64,000 bases of DNA from the IMG/VR virus record IMGVR_UViG_2936413993_000002, positions 11,053 to 75,052 of that record. One strand, given 5' to 3'. Below the pieces are notes generated by a model. That model saw only the letters and a list, made by a program, of their open reading frames with translations. It was not told the origin of the DNA and ran no database searches. Made by a program: the position numbers and the translations under genes. Position 1 is the stretch's first letter. Every line of letters begins with the position of its first letter. The DNA comes from a virus (lineage: Duplodnaviria > Caudoviricetes). Positions 10,102-21,113 of this stretch are shown here, one piece after another.

Positions 10102-13100
10102 TTATATATTTCCACCTAATTTTCTTACTCCGTTAACAAATGTATTTAATAATGTTTTAGCACCGTTTTGATCACCAGTCACCTTTAAGTCCCCAAATGT
10201 TACATGGTAATGATTATCTCCTCCAGTAGATATAGAAGGGGAAAGGGAGGGGGCATTAGGTCTTTTAAAACTTGTCTGTAAATTCAGCGCTGCGTTACCT
10301 AAAACTTTTCCCAACTCTAAACTTTTCAACGAATTCGCTAAAGTTTTTGACTCTTCTATAGTCGATAAGAAATTTTCAGTGTCATTTTCTTTCAAAATAA
10401 TTTCTTTCTTATCCAAGTAGGCTAAACCTTCAGAATCACCAGTATATCCGCCGGTATTAAATTTCTGAATTTTGATAGGCTTATAATCTTTACCGTTTAG
10501 ATATCGATTGGCTTGGTTGATTAAATCAATAAGGTTATTAGATATAGCTTTTCCCATGATATTAGAATTAGCTTTAATATTACTGAAATACTTATTCAAA
10601 TCCTTTTGAATCTGACTAGCATTTCCATTGATAATGTCAGAGCGCATTTTAGCAAACTTACGTTCATCATTTACAAGATTATCAAATTCTTCTTGGATAG
10701 AATCCTTTTGAGTATTTAGATTATCGATTCTAAGCTGTTTTTCTCTGTCGGATTGCATGTCATCTAGCACTTCATCCATATCTGCTAATTGATCTTGTAA
10801 CTCTTTAACCTTAGCAATACCTGCAAATGAGTCATCTAATGAATATTTAGCTATGTCATCTAATAACTTTTGTCGCTCACTTTGTTTTTTAGCTAAGTCT
10901 TTTGTGTATGATTCATCGTCATCTTTCTTATTGATAGCATCAATCATTTTATCAATTGTCTTAAGACGAGTGTCTTTAATTGATTCCGCAGCTTGTTTGT
11001 AAGTATCAACAATGGTATCTACCATTTGCTTACGTTGGTCTAATAGCTGAGTCTCAAGAGAAATCATATCTTGAGTACGTTGAAGTAAATCATCTGATAA
11101 TTGAGCTTTCTGCGCTTCGGTTAAAGCTTTATTGTTTTTAATTTGCTCTTTCAGATATTTTATAGCTTCTTGCTCATAACCAAACTGTTTACGAAGTAGC
11201 TTTTCTTTCTTTAATTGCGCATCCGTCCACTTATTAGAAGACTCTGTTTCATAACTTTGAACAAGGTCAATTTGAGCCAAGTCGTCTTCGAGTACAGCTT
11301 TTTTGTAGTCGATGCCAGCAAGAACAGAGTTAACTAGCTCCATATTAAGATCATTGATTTGTTGCTGTATCTGTAATGCTTCTTCTTGCATACTCAATAC
11401 GTCAGACTTAGCTTGGTCAATAGCTTGTATTTTATCTGCTATTGCACTTGATGTATCTGCACTAGCTGAGCCAGTAGGGGTAGTACCAGCATATTTCGTA
11501 TATATACTGTTGGCATACTTTTGACGATTACCTAGAGCATCACCACCTGAACGTTCAAACGCTTTTTCGAATAGAAGGGCAGCATCGTTAACTCCCATAT
11601 TCATGAAAGCATTCATACCACCATTTTTATTAATGATGGACTTTGTTGTAGGGTCTGCACCGTTTAATTCTTTCCATAACCATTCAAGTTGAGTGTTAAG
11701 GTTAGTATAGCTAGTACCTTGAGATCCAGCAAAGTTTTTAAGTCCACTTAAACGCCCACCTAACCATTGAGCGATACCAGTAGCACCTGATGACCTATTA
11801 ACAGCAGTGGTTGAAAAACCAGATTCTTGACGTAAATTTCCCATAATACCAGCAGTTGCAGAATCAGAGAAACCTTTAGACTTAAAGAAATTCCAAACAG
11901 ACGCTTCAGTACTTCCTCCACTTGCATAGTTGGAAGTAGAAGGGGAAGTGGAACTTATAGTTGTCTTAGTACCTTTAGCAACTATATTTCCTGATTTAAT
12001 TTGCTTGTTAAGGCTATTAACTTCAGTATTCATTAACTTCAATTGCTGTTCTTTAAGTTTGATTTCCTGTTTAATTGCATCCTGGTATTTCTTAGAACGC
12101 TGTGGATATTCACTTTTAATTTTATCCACTTTAGCTAAAGCAAGACCTAACTCTTCCATTTTTTGCTTATATTTATCAGTTGTATATGTAGATTTTTCGT
12201 TAGCTTTGCTTGTTTTATCAGAGGAAGATTCTGCAGATGTGCCAACTTCAGTTAATCCTTGAGATACTAATCCAGAAAGTGAATCGATTTGATCATATAA
12301 ATCAATTACATCTTGAATTGAATTGTATGCACCAACCATGTCGTTCACGAATGTATCATCTGGACTAGGTAGCCCGCCCATTGCATACATTTCTAAACGT
12401 TTTTTATTTTCTTCTGATTGAAGATCCGCTAAACGTTTCTTTGCATCTTGTAATGATTGGATAGCCTTAATTTCGATGCCATAATTTTTAAGTTTTGACA
12501 GTGTAGCATTTGCAGTATTTTGCGCTTCTGCTATAACTGATTTTTCCATATCTTTATAAGATTTTAATTTAGCGTCACGAAGTTTTAATACCGCTTCTTT
12601 ATTGATGGATACCTGTCCGTTTTCAATTTTGATAGCATCGGTGAGCGATTTTTCCTTATTCATTAGGTTTATCGCTTCGTTAGCAGATATAGATTTACCG
12701 TTAGCCATTTTCTCTAAAACTTCATTTAAAGGCGAAATTTCATTTGAAAGTGCTTCATACCCATCTTTTAATGCAACATTGACAGCGGCTTGATAATCTC
12801 CAGCTTGAGCCATTTCGATGATAATGTCTTTTATGGCTTCAAAGTCACCTTTAGCATCTTGGAGTCTGGATGATAAATCTTTGTATTCACCCGAAACTTC
12901 CCCGACAACTTCACCATTCTCATCCCAAATTACTTTCTGACCTTTAGCTGCATCTGAAACTCCATTTATACTATCTTTAACTTGTTGGAAGGATAATTCT
13001 AGATTTCTTGATCCGCCTTCAGCAACATTATAAGAAGTAAGAAGATCATCTAAATCAGCTTTAGCAATCTTATAGGCATTCTCATCATTATTTGTTACAG

Positions 13101-14300
13101 CATTTTGCATTTTCTTCATAGCAGAAGATACGTTGGTTGCAAAAGTATTCAGTTCTTCAGCAGATGCACCAGAAACATCAAGTGAGCTAATAACACTGTT
13201 TACTTTAGCAGTAATAGAAGTGTCAATAGTTATGTCAGTAAAATAAGAGTCTACAGTTTTCTGCAACTCTTCACGTAATTTCATTTGTTGCTCATTGTAT
13301 TGACGTTTTAATTCAGTAATTTCAATTTCGATTTTCTTTTTATCCGCATCTGAGTATTTAATACCACTGACTCCAGCTTTATGATCAAGAACTCGATTCT
13401 TTTTATCAATTTTATTGTCTATTTTATCTGCTGATTTCAATGCGGATTGGATATTGTCTTGAGCTTCAAGTTGTTGTAGTTCTTTCTTTTGACGAACAAG
13501 TTCTTTAGTATACTCAATTTCTTGTTTAAGTGCATCTCCAACTTTTAAGACAGCATTTCCTTGTGAGTCATAATGATCAACAAGAGAAGGGAGGAGACCC
13601 GCAAGTTGTTGTGATACTTGTAAATACTCTTTTTCTTTATCGCTATTAAAATTGCCCGAGTGTTTAGCTTCAGTTAATTCTTGATATTTCTTTAATAATT
13701 CATCAGTTGCTTGTTTATTAGCTGTTAATGACTCAACCGTTGTATTCTGAATTTGTTCATATTCTTGTTGTTTTTGTTTAGCTTCGGCAAAGTGGTTTGT
13801 TATTTTTTCGATAGCAAAACCTAAAACAGTTAATATAGCACCTACGCCAGTAGCCACCATTAAACCACGTAATGCTGTTTTAAATACAGCAGTAGCTATA
13901 GCTGCTCTTGACATACCAGCTTCCAAACCAAATAAAGAAGTTGCAGTACCAGCTAGAGATACATTTCCAGTAAGAAGGGCAGTAGACATTCCTCGAACAT
14001 TCTTACTTAGTAATACTGTTGCGACACCAGCAGTTCCCATTACAATAGGTAATACTCCAATTACATCTATTACATCGCCAGTAGTTTTTAGAAAGTCACC
14101 AAATTCTTCAGTAGCCACAATTAAAGTATCAGATATTAGTGCATCTCCAGCACTTACTGCCAAAGATGTAAATGCGTTAGAAAGGCGGTTAATACGAGCT
14201 TGTAGAGATTCTGAATATTTTTCTTGTTCACGCATTGCCGAGCCAAAACTATTAGCCGCTGTTTCAGATGCTTCTTGCGCTATCGAGTAGTTGTTCATCA
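10102..14300 (-). CDS. Tape measure protein, exon 4 (contains phage tail lysozyme domain)
   Basis: Long helical Ala/Lys-rich frame; VWNFFKSKGFSDSATAGIMGNLRQESGF...GIAQW...FER is a phage tail lysozyme motif; joins exon 3 as ...FNA(T/TG=L)MNNYSIA. Confidence 0.9.
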
Positions 14301-14610
14301 CGTTAATTCATATATTTCTATATGCACAGACTATATCATCATCTTAATAAGATGTTCGGCACTTCGAACGGTAGCTCATTACCCGTCCTACAATTAGTCG
14401 TTGCACTTTTCCTCCCATAAAAGAAATAGGGGACTTAGCACAGGATTGCCATATTCAATATAAATAAGATATATTGAACTTAGGTTTCCCTGTTAGCAAA
14501 TTCATTAGCAATCATTTCCTATTGTTACTAAACGTTGAATTTACACCTCTGAGCAATAGAGTTCACCGAATTTTACATATATTATCACTAATATACGGCA
14601 CTGTATTCCA
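14301..14610 (-). ncRNA. Group I intron 3 of the tape measure gene (310 nt, no ORF)
   Basis: Exon ends in U with P1 GCAU/GUGC (U.G); intron ends in G; core GCAACGACUAA (14394-14406) and GAUAUAGUC (14329-14340) form P7; removal restores the frame. Confidence 0.88.
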
Positions 14611-14833
14611 ATGCATTAAACCTCGATAGTTGATACATGCCAGCACCTTTTACACCCACATTTTGTTTTTCAGCATCAGATAGGGTGTTCCATTTAGCCG
14701 CAATCTCATCTAAAATTTGACCAGTTGGCTTTAGTTTTCCATTAGCATCATTTATTGAAATACCAATATCATTTAATGCACCAATTGCTTGAGAATTATT
14801 TGTTAATCTAGCGAAAATAGTTTTTAAAGAGTT
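14611..14833 (-). CDS. Tape measure protein, exon 3 (223 nt)
   Basis: NSLKTIFARLTNNSQAIGALNDIGISINDANG...QLSRFNA, a conserved TP901-type TMP core segment. Confidence 0.88.
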
Positions 14834-15070
14834 CACTCTGTTACTTTCACCAATAAAGGTTACTGACCATAGTTAATTATATGGCGGTAAGGCACTTCAA
14901 CCTTACTCTCTATGTCTCCATAGAAGTTCAGACTATCGCTTCATTCTATTAAGAATGTCTCTTCACTTAGTCGTTCACGCTGCAATTACGCTTGCGCCCT
15001 GTCTCCCTCGTCTAAACGTTAGGGGTTCCAAGTCAATCAGAAGAGATTTAATGTCAGCAATTCGACATTT
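14834..15070 (-). ncRNA. Group I intron 2 of the tape measure gene (237 nt, no ORF)
   Basis: P1 UGUCGGU/GCUGACA with U.G at the splice site; terminal G; core GUGAACGACUAA (14967-14978) and GCGAUAGUC (14931-14942); removal gives ESGNIVG|NSLKTIFAR. Confidence 0.88.
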
Positions 15071-15206
15071 ACCGACAATATTTCCGCTTTCTCTTGTAGT
15101 ACTTGCAATGGCTGTTGTGTAACCAATTAAATCATTTAATTCTACATTGAAAGTAGATGCAGTACTACCTGCTTTACGAATAGAATTTGCTAAATCTAAT
15201 GTTGTT
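15071..15206 (-). CDS. Tape measure protein, exon 2 (136 nt; absent from ORF track)
   Basis: Reads TTLDLANSIRKAGSTASTFNVELNDLIGYTTAIASTTRESGNIVG, bridging exons 1 and 3 in frame. Confidence 0.88.
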
Positions 15207-15517
15207 CAATTATACCCTGTGTTTCCACATATTTAAAAGGGGTTAGACTATATCTTGTAGTCAATGACTACGTTGGCACTTCCTATAAAGGAATTTCACC
15301 TTTACAGTACAATCCTCATCTCCATATCATTTGACGTAGGAGGTACGAATTAGTCGTTACACCTTCAAGAAAGTTTCCCTTCAAGCTTGGCACGGTATTA
15401 CCATATCCCTATGGACTTAGGCTTCCACCGTTAGCATTCGCTAGAACACACCCTGCATTTACAGGTTCACCAACTTCTTATAGTATGTCGCCATACTAAG
15501 CAGCACAACAGAAGTTT
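15207..15517 (-). ncRNA. Group I intron 1 of the tape measure gene (311 nt, no ORF)
   Basis: P1 GCAGU/GCUGC with U.G; terminal G; core GUAACGACUAA (15350-15362) and AAGAUAUAGUC (15246-15257); removal gives NNYA(GT/A=V)TTLDLANS. Confidence 0.88.
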
Positions 15518-16923
15518 ACTGCGTAATTGTTATCAACTTCATTTAATTTATCAGCTATCTGAGCAGAATCTTCCGCAGCTATATTGAAATTGAGCATTGC
15601 TGCAGTAAGAGTATTAACAGTATCATCTGGAGTTAAATCCGAGACATTCTGTAGGATTTGAGCAGTGCGTGATACAGCAGTCAACTGATTTTCATCATAT
15701 CCCATTCGACCAAAGCCGCCATACATATCAAGGATGTCACCGATTTTATTCGAGAGTTGATCACCTAGAGCAATAGATTCCTTCATTAAATCATTAAATT
15801 TATAGTCTGGTAAATCCATCACTCTTCGTAAATTGGTCATTTTTGTATCAAGTTCAACCACTTGATTTGTCATGTCTTTAATAGTATTAACAAATCCATA
15901 AAATGCCCCATATGTAAGCATTCCAACCGAAATAAAGCTAAATGCCGATTGCACTCTTTCGCCAAATGTTCTAGCTTGAGCACCTGCATTTCTTGCTTCT
16001 GAGGTTATTTCATTAAACCTTAAAGACATTTCACGCAATCTTTGATTCAATTGAGGAGTTCTAGCTGTTAATGAGTTTATTGACTGTAAGTAAGCATTCA
16101 ACTGAGCCGTTTGCGTTGAGTTTAAATTAGAATTAGCTTTAAAGTTATTTACTTTTAATTCAGCTTCACGTTGAGCAAGTATTAACTTATTTTGCATTTC
16201 TCTAACTTTATTAACATTATCAATGTTTTGTTTAAGTCTATTTAATTGTTCAATATTCTTAGCACTATTAACTGCATTATTTAATCTAGATAAACTATCA
16301 GAAGATATTTTACCTTCACTGTTTAAAAGTCTAAGGGTATCTCTTAATTTATTTTTACTATTTATTAATGTTTCAGTTGCTTTTCTTTCTTGGTCTAGGT
16401 TCTGTACAGTTTTAACAGAGGTAACATCACCATTGACATTAGAATTTACAGTTGTATTTGTGAATCCATTCTTAAATTGATTAGAAGTAGAAGTACCATT
16501 ATTAGTCTGAGTAGTAACTTGTTTTTGTTTCTGACCAAGTTTATCATACGCTACTTGTAATTTATTTGTATTTTCAATTTCCTTTTGAGTAGCTTTATTC
16601 TTATTATTAATACGAGTTATTTCTTTTTGAATAATTTCTCCACTTTTTAACTGTTGAGAAATCCTTTCTTTTGTAACGCCATTTACATCTTTAGTAATTG
16701 TTTTTTCTTCTTTAAGAACTCTATTCAATTGAGAAGAGATATTCTTATAGTTTTCCATAGCTTTAGCATAATCTGTAAGAGACTTTGCTACTTTATCATC
16801 AAGCTGGATATTTAGTTTAATCTTTGATAAATCTTTTTCTATTTTGGATATTACTTTATTTACTTCGGTAATAGTAGCTTTAGAATTCAAAGTACCTATA
16901 ATTCTAAGTTTTAAATCTGACAT
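15518..16923 (-). CDS. Tape measure protein, exon 1 (ORF track 15496-16923 reads into the intron)
   Basis: SD AAAGGAG; helical N-terminus then TMP core ELDTKMTNLRRVMD...IADKLNEVDNNYAV. Confidence 0.9.
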
Positions 16924-16950
16924 TAAGACATCTCCTTTCTAAAAAAGTGC

Positions 16951-16983
16951 ATAAAAAAAGAGATGCTCTTATCAGAACATCTC
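16951..16983 (-). terminator. Intrinsic terminator after the FxLYD gene
   Basis: GAGATG-TCT...AGA-CATCTC hairpin followed by a U-tract on the minus strand. Confidence 0.55.
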
Positions 16984-16987
16984 AAAA

Positions 16988-17791
16988 TTAATTGCTATAA
17001 TTTACAACTTCAATTTTATACTTTGTATATTTCTCTCCGATCATTTCAACCATAGTATCAAAACTCTTTTGTTCATTTGGTAGTAATGCATCAGAACTGT
17101 TTACATAAGTTGTTTTCGTATCTTGAATATCTCCATTTTCATTATAAAACGATACTTTTACTTCAATATAGGAGAGAGGGGAAGAAGTATTATTCTTAAC
17201 TGTTCCTATGACTGAAATAAAATTACCACTATATTTAGCGTTATGTTTCTCAATACTTACTTTAGAAGTACCTGATTTCTTTGACTTATCACTAGATGAA
17301 TTTAAAGTTATAGTTTTATTGCCCCCAGTACCGATAACTTCCATAGCTAAATCATCGGCAGATTGATCATACTCATAGGGGATTACGTAAGAAACAAGGT
17401 CATCATTTTCATCTCTACCCATTACAAATATGTCTTGTATGGAACAATATTTGTTCCTCCCGCATTCGACAAGTGAACTAGTCCCGGTTGTTTCATCTAT
17501 CTGTTTCGAAATACTCTCCATCGCCAACAATTTCTCATCATCTGACATTTCTATAAACTTAGAAGATGGGTATGCGGCTATTTGATAAGGATAAGATTTC
17601 TTTCCTTCGAGTGAAAACACTTTAGCATCATCATCTTTAGTTATGTCCACTGATGATATATATTCATTTTCTAAGAGTTTGCTTTCAAGATATCTTAGTT
17701 TCGTCTCATCTAATCTATTTATATACAAGAATAAAGAAACTGAAATAATTAAAATTATACCAATAAATAATGATATTTTCTTTTTACTCAC
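16988..17791 (-). CDS. Membrane-anchored exported protein with C-terminal FxLYD-type Ig-like domain (moron, possible superinfection exclusion)
   Basis: N-terminal basic + hydrophobic anchor; GTVKNN...YIEVKVSFYNENGDIQD...L.PNEQKSF motif; own terminator. Confidence 0.65.
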   Translation of the reverse strand: MSKKKISLFIGIILIISVSLFLYINRLDETKLRYLESKLLENEYISSVDITKDDDAKVFSLEGKKSYPYQIAAYPSSKFIEMSDDEKLLAMESISKQIDETTGTSSLVECGRNKYCSIQDIFVMGRDENDDLVSYVIPYEYDQSADDLAMEVIGTGGNKTITLNSSSDKSKKSGTSKVSIEKHNAKYSGNFISVIGTVKNNTSSPLSYIEVKVSFYNENGDIQDTKTTYVNSSDALLPNEQKSFDTMVEMIGEKYTKYKIEVVNYSN

Positions 17792-17875
17792 TCATGTCTC
17801 ACCCTCACAAATATAGTTACTTCCATAATATCACATCACATGAAAATTGTAACTATGGTGAAGGGGAGAGATCAA

Positions 17876-17914
17876 TAAAAAAGACCCCACCATTTAAGGT
17901 AAAGGTCTTTTTTA
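17876..17914. terminator. Bidirectional terminator
   Basis: AAAAAAGACC...GGTCTTTTTT. Confidence 0.6.
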
Positions 17915-18060
17915 TTGATCGATCACTAAGAAAAATCTACTTGAATATTTCCTTAATTAGATTTTTCTTCTCTAATTCAACTCACTAGAGGTATAGTACC
18001 TCTCTCAAAACTATCTAATCTAATAATAACGGTAGTAAGTTTTATTGTCAACTCATATGT

Positions 18061-18606
18061 TTAAATTTTTATTCCTGATTTTTTCATCGCTTCATTAATC
18101 GCATCCATATATTTCCCTTGCAATCTCCCTGTTCTTGAAGTGAAATCCAATCTCATCTTACTCACACAAACAATCCTTAATACATTCGCCCATCTTGGTA
18201 TTGCAGCTAGATCATATACAAATGGAATATCTACGCAATATGGTTTTCCTTTTTTATCAAGAGGAATTTTCCCACTTGATAAAGGTAACACAAAAACACT
18301 GTCCCCAGTTTCCTTTAATATTACCGCAGGATGATGTCCGCCGAATTCTTTACCTACATTGAAACCAAAATGAACCCAATGCACATAAGATCTTTTAATC
18401 AAAGGAGCTTTATTATCTGGGATAGTAAACAAATCTTCATTTTTGATCATTTCTGTTTTTAAAGTAGTCCATTCTAAATAATTTTTAACTTTTTTCGAAG
18501 ATTCACTACCTGTCCCATATACTGACTTTTTAAAATTCGTAATTGATTGGATTGTATTATCCAGTATAATATCTATTTCATCTTTATTTACTTTGATTTC
18601 ACTCAA
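18061..18606 (-). CDS. PemK/MazF-family endoribonuclease-like protein (orphan)
   Basis: VHWVHFGFNVGKEFGGHHPAVILK...VLPLSS and IVCVSKMRL motifs; likely TTG start at 18606 after SD GGAGGT (ORF track start 18621). Confidence 0.75.
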   Translation of the reverse strand: MSEIKVNKDEIDIILDNTIQSITNFKKSVYGTGSESSKKVKNYLEWTTLKTEMIKNEDLFTIPDNKAPLIKRSYVHWVHFGFNVGKEFGGHHPAVILKETGDSVFVLPLSSGKIPLDKKGKPYCVDIPFVYDLAAIPRWANVLRIVCVSKMRLDFTSRTGRLQGKYMDAINEAMKKSGIKI

Positions 18607-18717
18607 ACTCTCACCTCCCATATTTCTCTACATTTTACCATATTAAGAAAATAGCAGGGAGGAAACTATTCGAAATAAAGAACATTTTGTCAATTATTGC
18701 GGTTGCCTGGGAAATTA

Positions 18718-20184
18718 TTAAATATGAGAAACCTGAAACTGTGTATTTGCAACCATAAAATAAGGTTGAATGATTGTGTTATTTAGAACTATGCTTCCGT
18801 TAGAAGTTAAATGATAGTTAAAACTATTGTAATCATCTAAAATACCATTTTTCAGAATATAAAATTCTATTAACTTTTCGCAGAGAAGAGAATTTTTATT
18901 TATGTCTTTTTCCCATAAATAAAGTATCTTTGTATTATACTTATTTTCAATATAATTTCTTTTTCTAGAATCTTTCTTGGCATTCTTAGCTTGCATATCA
19001 TTTAAATATTCTACACTTTCGTATCTTATAGGAGAGGCATGCCAATAATCTCCCATTATTTCTATTCCTAACTGATAATCAGGTAGATAAATATCCATTG
19101 AATAATATCCAAATACTTTTTCATTTTGATAACTAATCCCTATTGATTCTAACAAATTGTTAATTTTAACATGAATACTTGTTCCAGTGTTTTTTAAATC
19201 AGAGATTTCCATTCTTCTTTGTTGATAACAATCGAATGAGCAAAAGAAGTACTTATTCTTATTAAAAACACTTTCATGCACATACTTAATTTTTGCGCAT
19301 GTATAACATTTAACTTTTACTTTTTCTTTTTTTGGATTGGGATTATGAAGTTTAAAGTATTCATTTCTACATCTCGATGAACAGAAAATTATATTTCCTC
19401 GAATTTCACTAGGATATTTATAGGTTTCTGTATTACATAGTGCACAATAATTTTTTAATTTATTTTGTTCTCTTTTAAAGTCGCTCATTACATCTTTAAA
19501 CTCATCCGTTTTCGTCCATATCAATCGACAAGCATTGGAGCAAAAATATCTATCTTGAGATTCAATTCTGTATTTCGCTAAATAAAATTCATTTCCACAA
19601 GTATGACAATTTACAAAAGAACCTTTCATAATTGAAGTATTCGATTTACCAATTTTATGCTTATCAGCACATCTTCTTGAACAAAAATGATTTTCACCAC
19701 TATTTACTCTTGTTTTTATTCTAATAATTTCAGACGAGCAATATGTACATTTTAGTTGTAATCTCTCAACCCTATATCCTAAGGGACGACCTAGTTTAAA
19801 TTTATCAGTACATTCTTTTGAACAAAAGACATTTTTATTTTCAATTAAATCACTTTTTGCTCTTAATATTTTTTTGTGACAATACATACAATTTAAATCA
19901 ATTTTACTATAATTCCAAGGTTTTTTTCCTATTAAATATGAATCCTGACAATTACGTGAACAAAAATGATTTTTATTTTTAGATTTTCCACTGTAAGTAG
20001 CTATATGATTTTCTCCACAATAGTCACATATAAATTTAACTGGAGCTCTGCTAGAAAAAGGTAAATGCTCCACATTTACATGGAATTCCTTACCGTTCTC
20101 AAAACTCTTATATCCTAGATTAGTATAATAGGCTTTATTTCTATTACTCCATTTCATGACAGTAGTCTGATTAGGCACAATCAC
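18718..20184 (-). CDS. Free-standing homing-endonuclease-like protein: multiple Zn-binding repeats plus C-terminal Vsr/EDxHD-like PD-(D/E)xK nuclease
   Basis: Six CxxC...FCSxxC repeats; C-terminal DIYLPDYQLGIEIMGDYWH...D.RK...ILYLWEKD. Confidence 0.75.
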   Translation of the reverse strand: MIVPNQTTVMKWSNRNKAYYTNLGYKSFENGKEFHVNVEHLPFSSRAPVKFICDYCGENHIATYSGKSKNKNHFCSRNCQDSYLIGKKPWNYSKIDLNCMYCHKKILRAKSDLIENKNVFCSKECTDKFKLGRPLGYRVERLQLKCTYCSSEIIRIKTRVNSGENHFCSRRCADKHKIGKSNTSIMKGSFVNCHTCGNEFYLAKYRIESQDRYFCSNACRLIWTKTDEFKDVMSDFKREQNKLKNYCALCNTETYKYPSEIRGNIIFCSSRCRNEYFKLHNPNPKKEKVKVKCYTCAKIKYVHESVFNKNKYFFCSFDCYQQRRMEISDLKNTGTSIHVKINNLLESIGISYQNEKVFGYYSMDIYLPDYQLGIEIMGDYWHASPIRYESVEYLNDMQAKNAKKDSRKRNYIENKYNTKILYLWEKDINKNSLLCEKLIEFYILKNGILDDYNSFNYHLTSNGSIVLNNTIIQPYFMVANTQFQVSHI

Positions 20185-20364
20185 AATCCATCATCCTCCT
20201 CACAATATCTCACTCTAATAAGAAAATAGGGCAGGGGAGATGTAGAGTGAGGATTCATCATCTTTCTTCACATATGATCAGTATGCTGCACCACTGCCGA
20301 ATATTAAACTTTCCATAATACCCGTGACCGTTTCTCGCTATGTAATAACTAAAATATTTCTCTC

Positions 20365-20577
20365 TTACTCTTCAACAGTATCTAAAATTCCTTCGCCAAC
20401 TATTTCACAGATATCAACTTTATGCCGCTCACCTTTGTAATCAATTCGATACAGTTCATAACCAATGTTCAAATCAGGTGAAAATTTGTAATTAGCTTGT
20501 TCCAATACAACTTCTTCATTGTCACCGTCAATTCGCATTCCTACTAGAACTTCAACTTTTCCCATAGCATAAGCCAT
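20365..20577 (-). CDS. Hypothetical protein, divergent from the XRE regulator
   Basis: 70 aa ORF with SD-like AAGGGAGA upstream. Confidence 0.55.
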   Translation of the reverse strand: MAYAMGKVEVLVGMRIDGDNEEVVLEQANYKFSPDLNIGYELYRIDYKGERHKVDICEIVGEGILDTVEE

Positions 20578-20611
20578 TCACATCGTTCTCCCTTATATAT
20601 TAAATTTGTAA

Positions 20612-20707
20612 TTACATATTTGCAATTCTAGTTGTTAATTACATATTACATATATGCAATTATATAGTCAAGACTTTATTGACAATTATATTACAAATGA
20701 GTAATAT
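20612..20707. promoter_or_regulatory. Divergent sigma-A promoters with three operator-like boxes
   Basis: +: TTGACA(20679)-17-TAATAT; -: TTGACT(20671)-17-TAATAT; boxes TTACATATTTGCAA (20612), TTACATATATGCAA (20646), TTACAAATGAGTAA (20691). Confidence 0.65.
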
Positions 20708-20748
20708 GTAATCATAAAGATAAAGAGTTACACGATTGGGGAGGAAAT

Positions 20749-21033
20749 ATGAGTCAGCGTACAAGATTTGTTGCTAAAGGTAGGCTTAAAGAATTGCTTG
20801 AACAAAGTGAATATCCTAACCAAAAAGAATTTGCTAGAGCGGTTGGTGTAGGTGAACCGACTATTAGCAGATTTGATAGTCAAACAAGATATGATATTAA
20901 TACATTAGTTTCTATTAGTAGAGTTTTAGGTGTGACGGTTGATGAATTATTTATCATTGAAGAAAATGAAAATTACAGTCATCTGAGACCTATAGGTATA
21001 AATATGCAATCACACACTAAGAAAGATAACTAG
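20749..21033 (+). CDS. XRE/Cro-like helix-turn-helix regulator
   Basis: RLKELLEQ...QKEFARAVGVGEPTISRF...LGVTVDELF; SD GGGGAGG. Confidence 0.85.
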   Translation: MSQRTRFVAKGRLKELLEQSEYPNQKEFARAVGVGEPTISRFDSQTRYDINTLVSISRVLGVTVDELFIIEENENYSHLRPIGINMQSHTKKDN

Positions 21034-21077
21034 TAAATAAACATCTAATAAAACAGCACTTTTAACTTATCGTAAAC

Positions 21078-21113
21078 ACAAGAAGACATTGGAATTGTCC
21101 AGTGTCTTCTTGT
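21078..21113. terminator. Strong hairpin between the converging XRE and recombinase genes
   Basis: ACAAGAAGACATTGGA-ATTG-TCCAGTGTCTTCTTGT. Confidence 0.6.

Noticed and set aside
14301-15517. Group II introns, IS elements or inteins as the TMP insertions
   Set aside because: No GUGYG/AY ends, RT, transposase or terminal repeats; the insertions contain stops; U|...G| boundaries and P7 motifs indicate group I
10102-16923. Tape measure gene as a pseudogene or three separate genes
   Set aside because: The gaps have group I intron hallmarks and precise removal restores one reading frame
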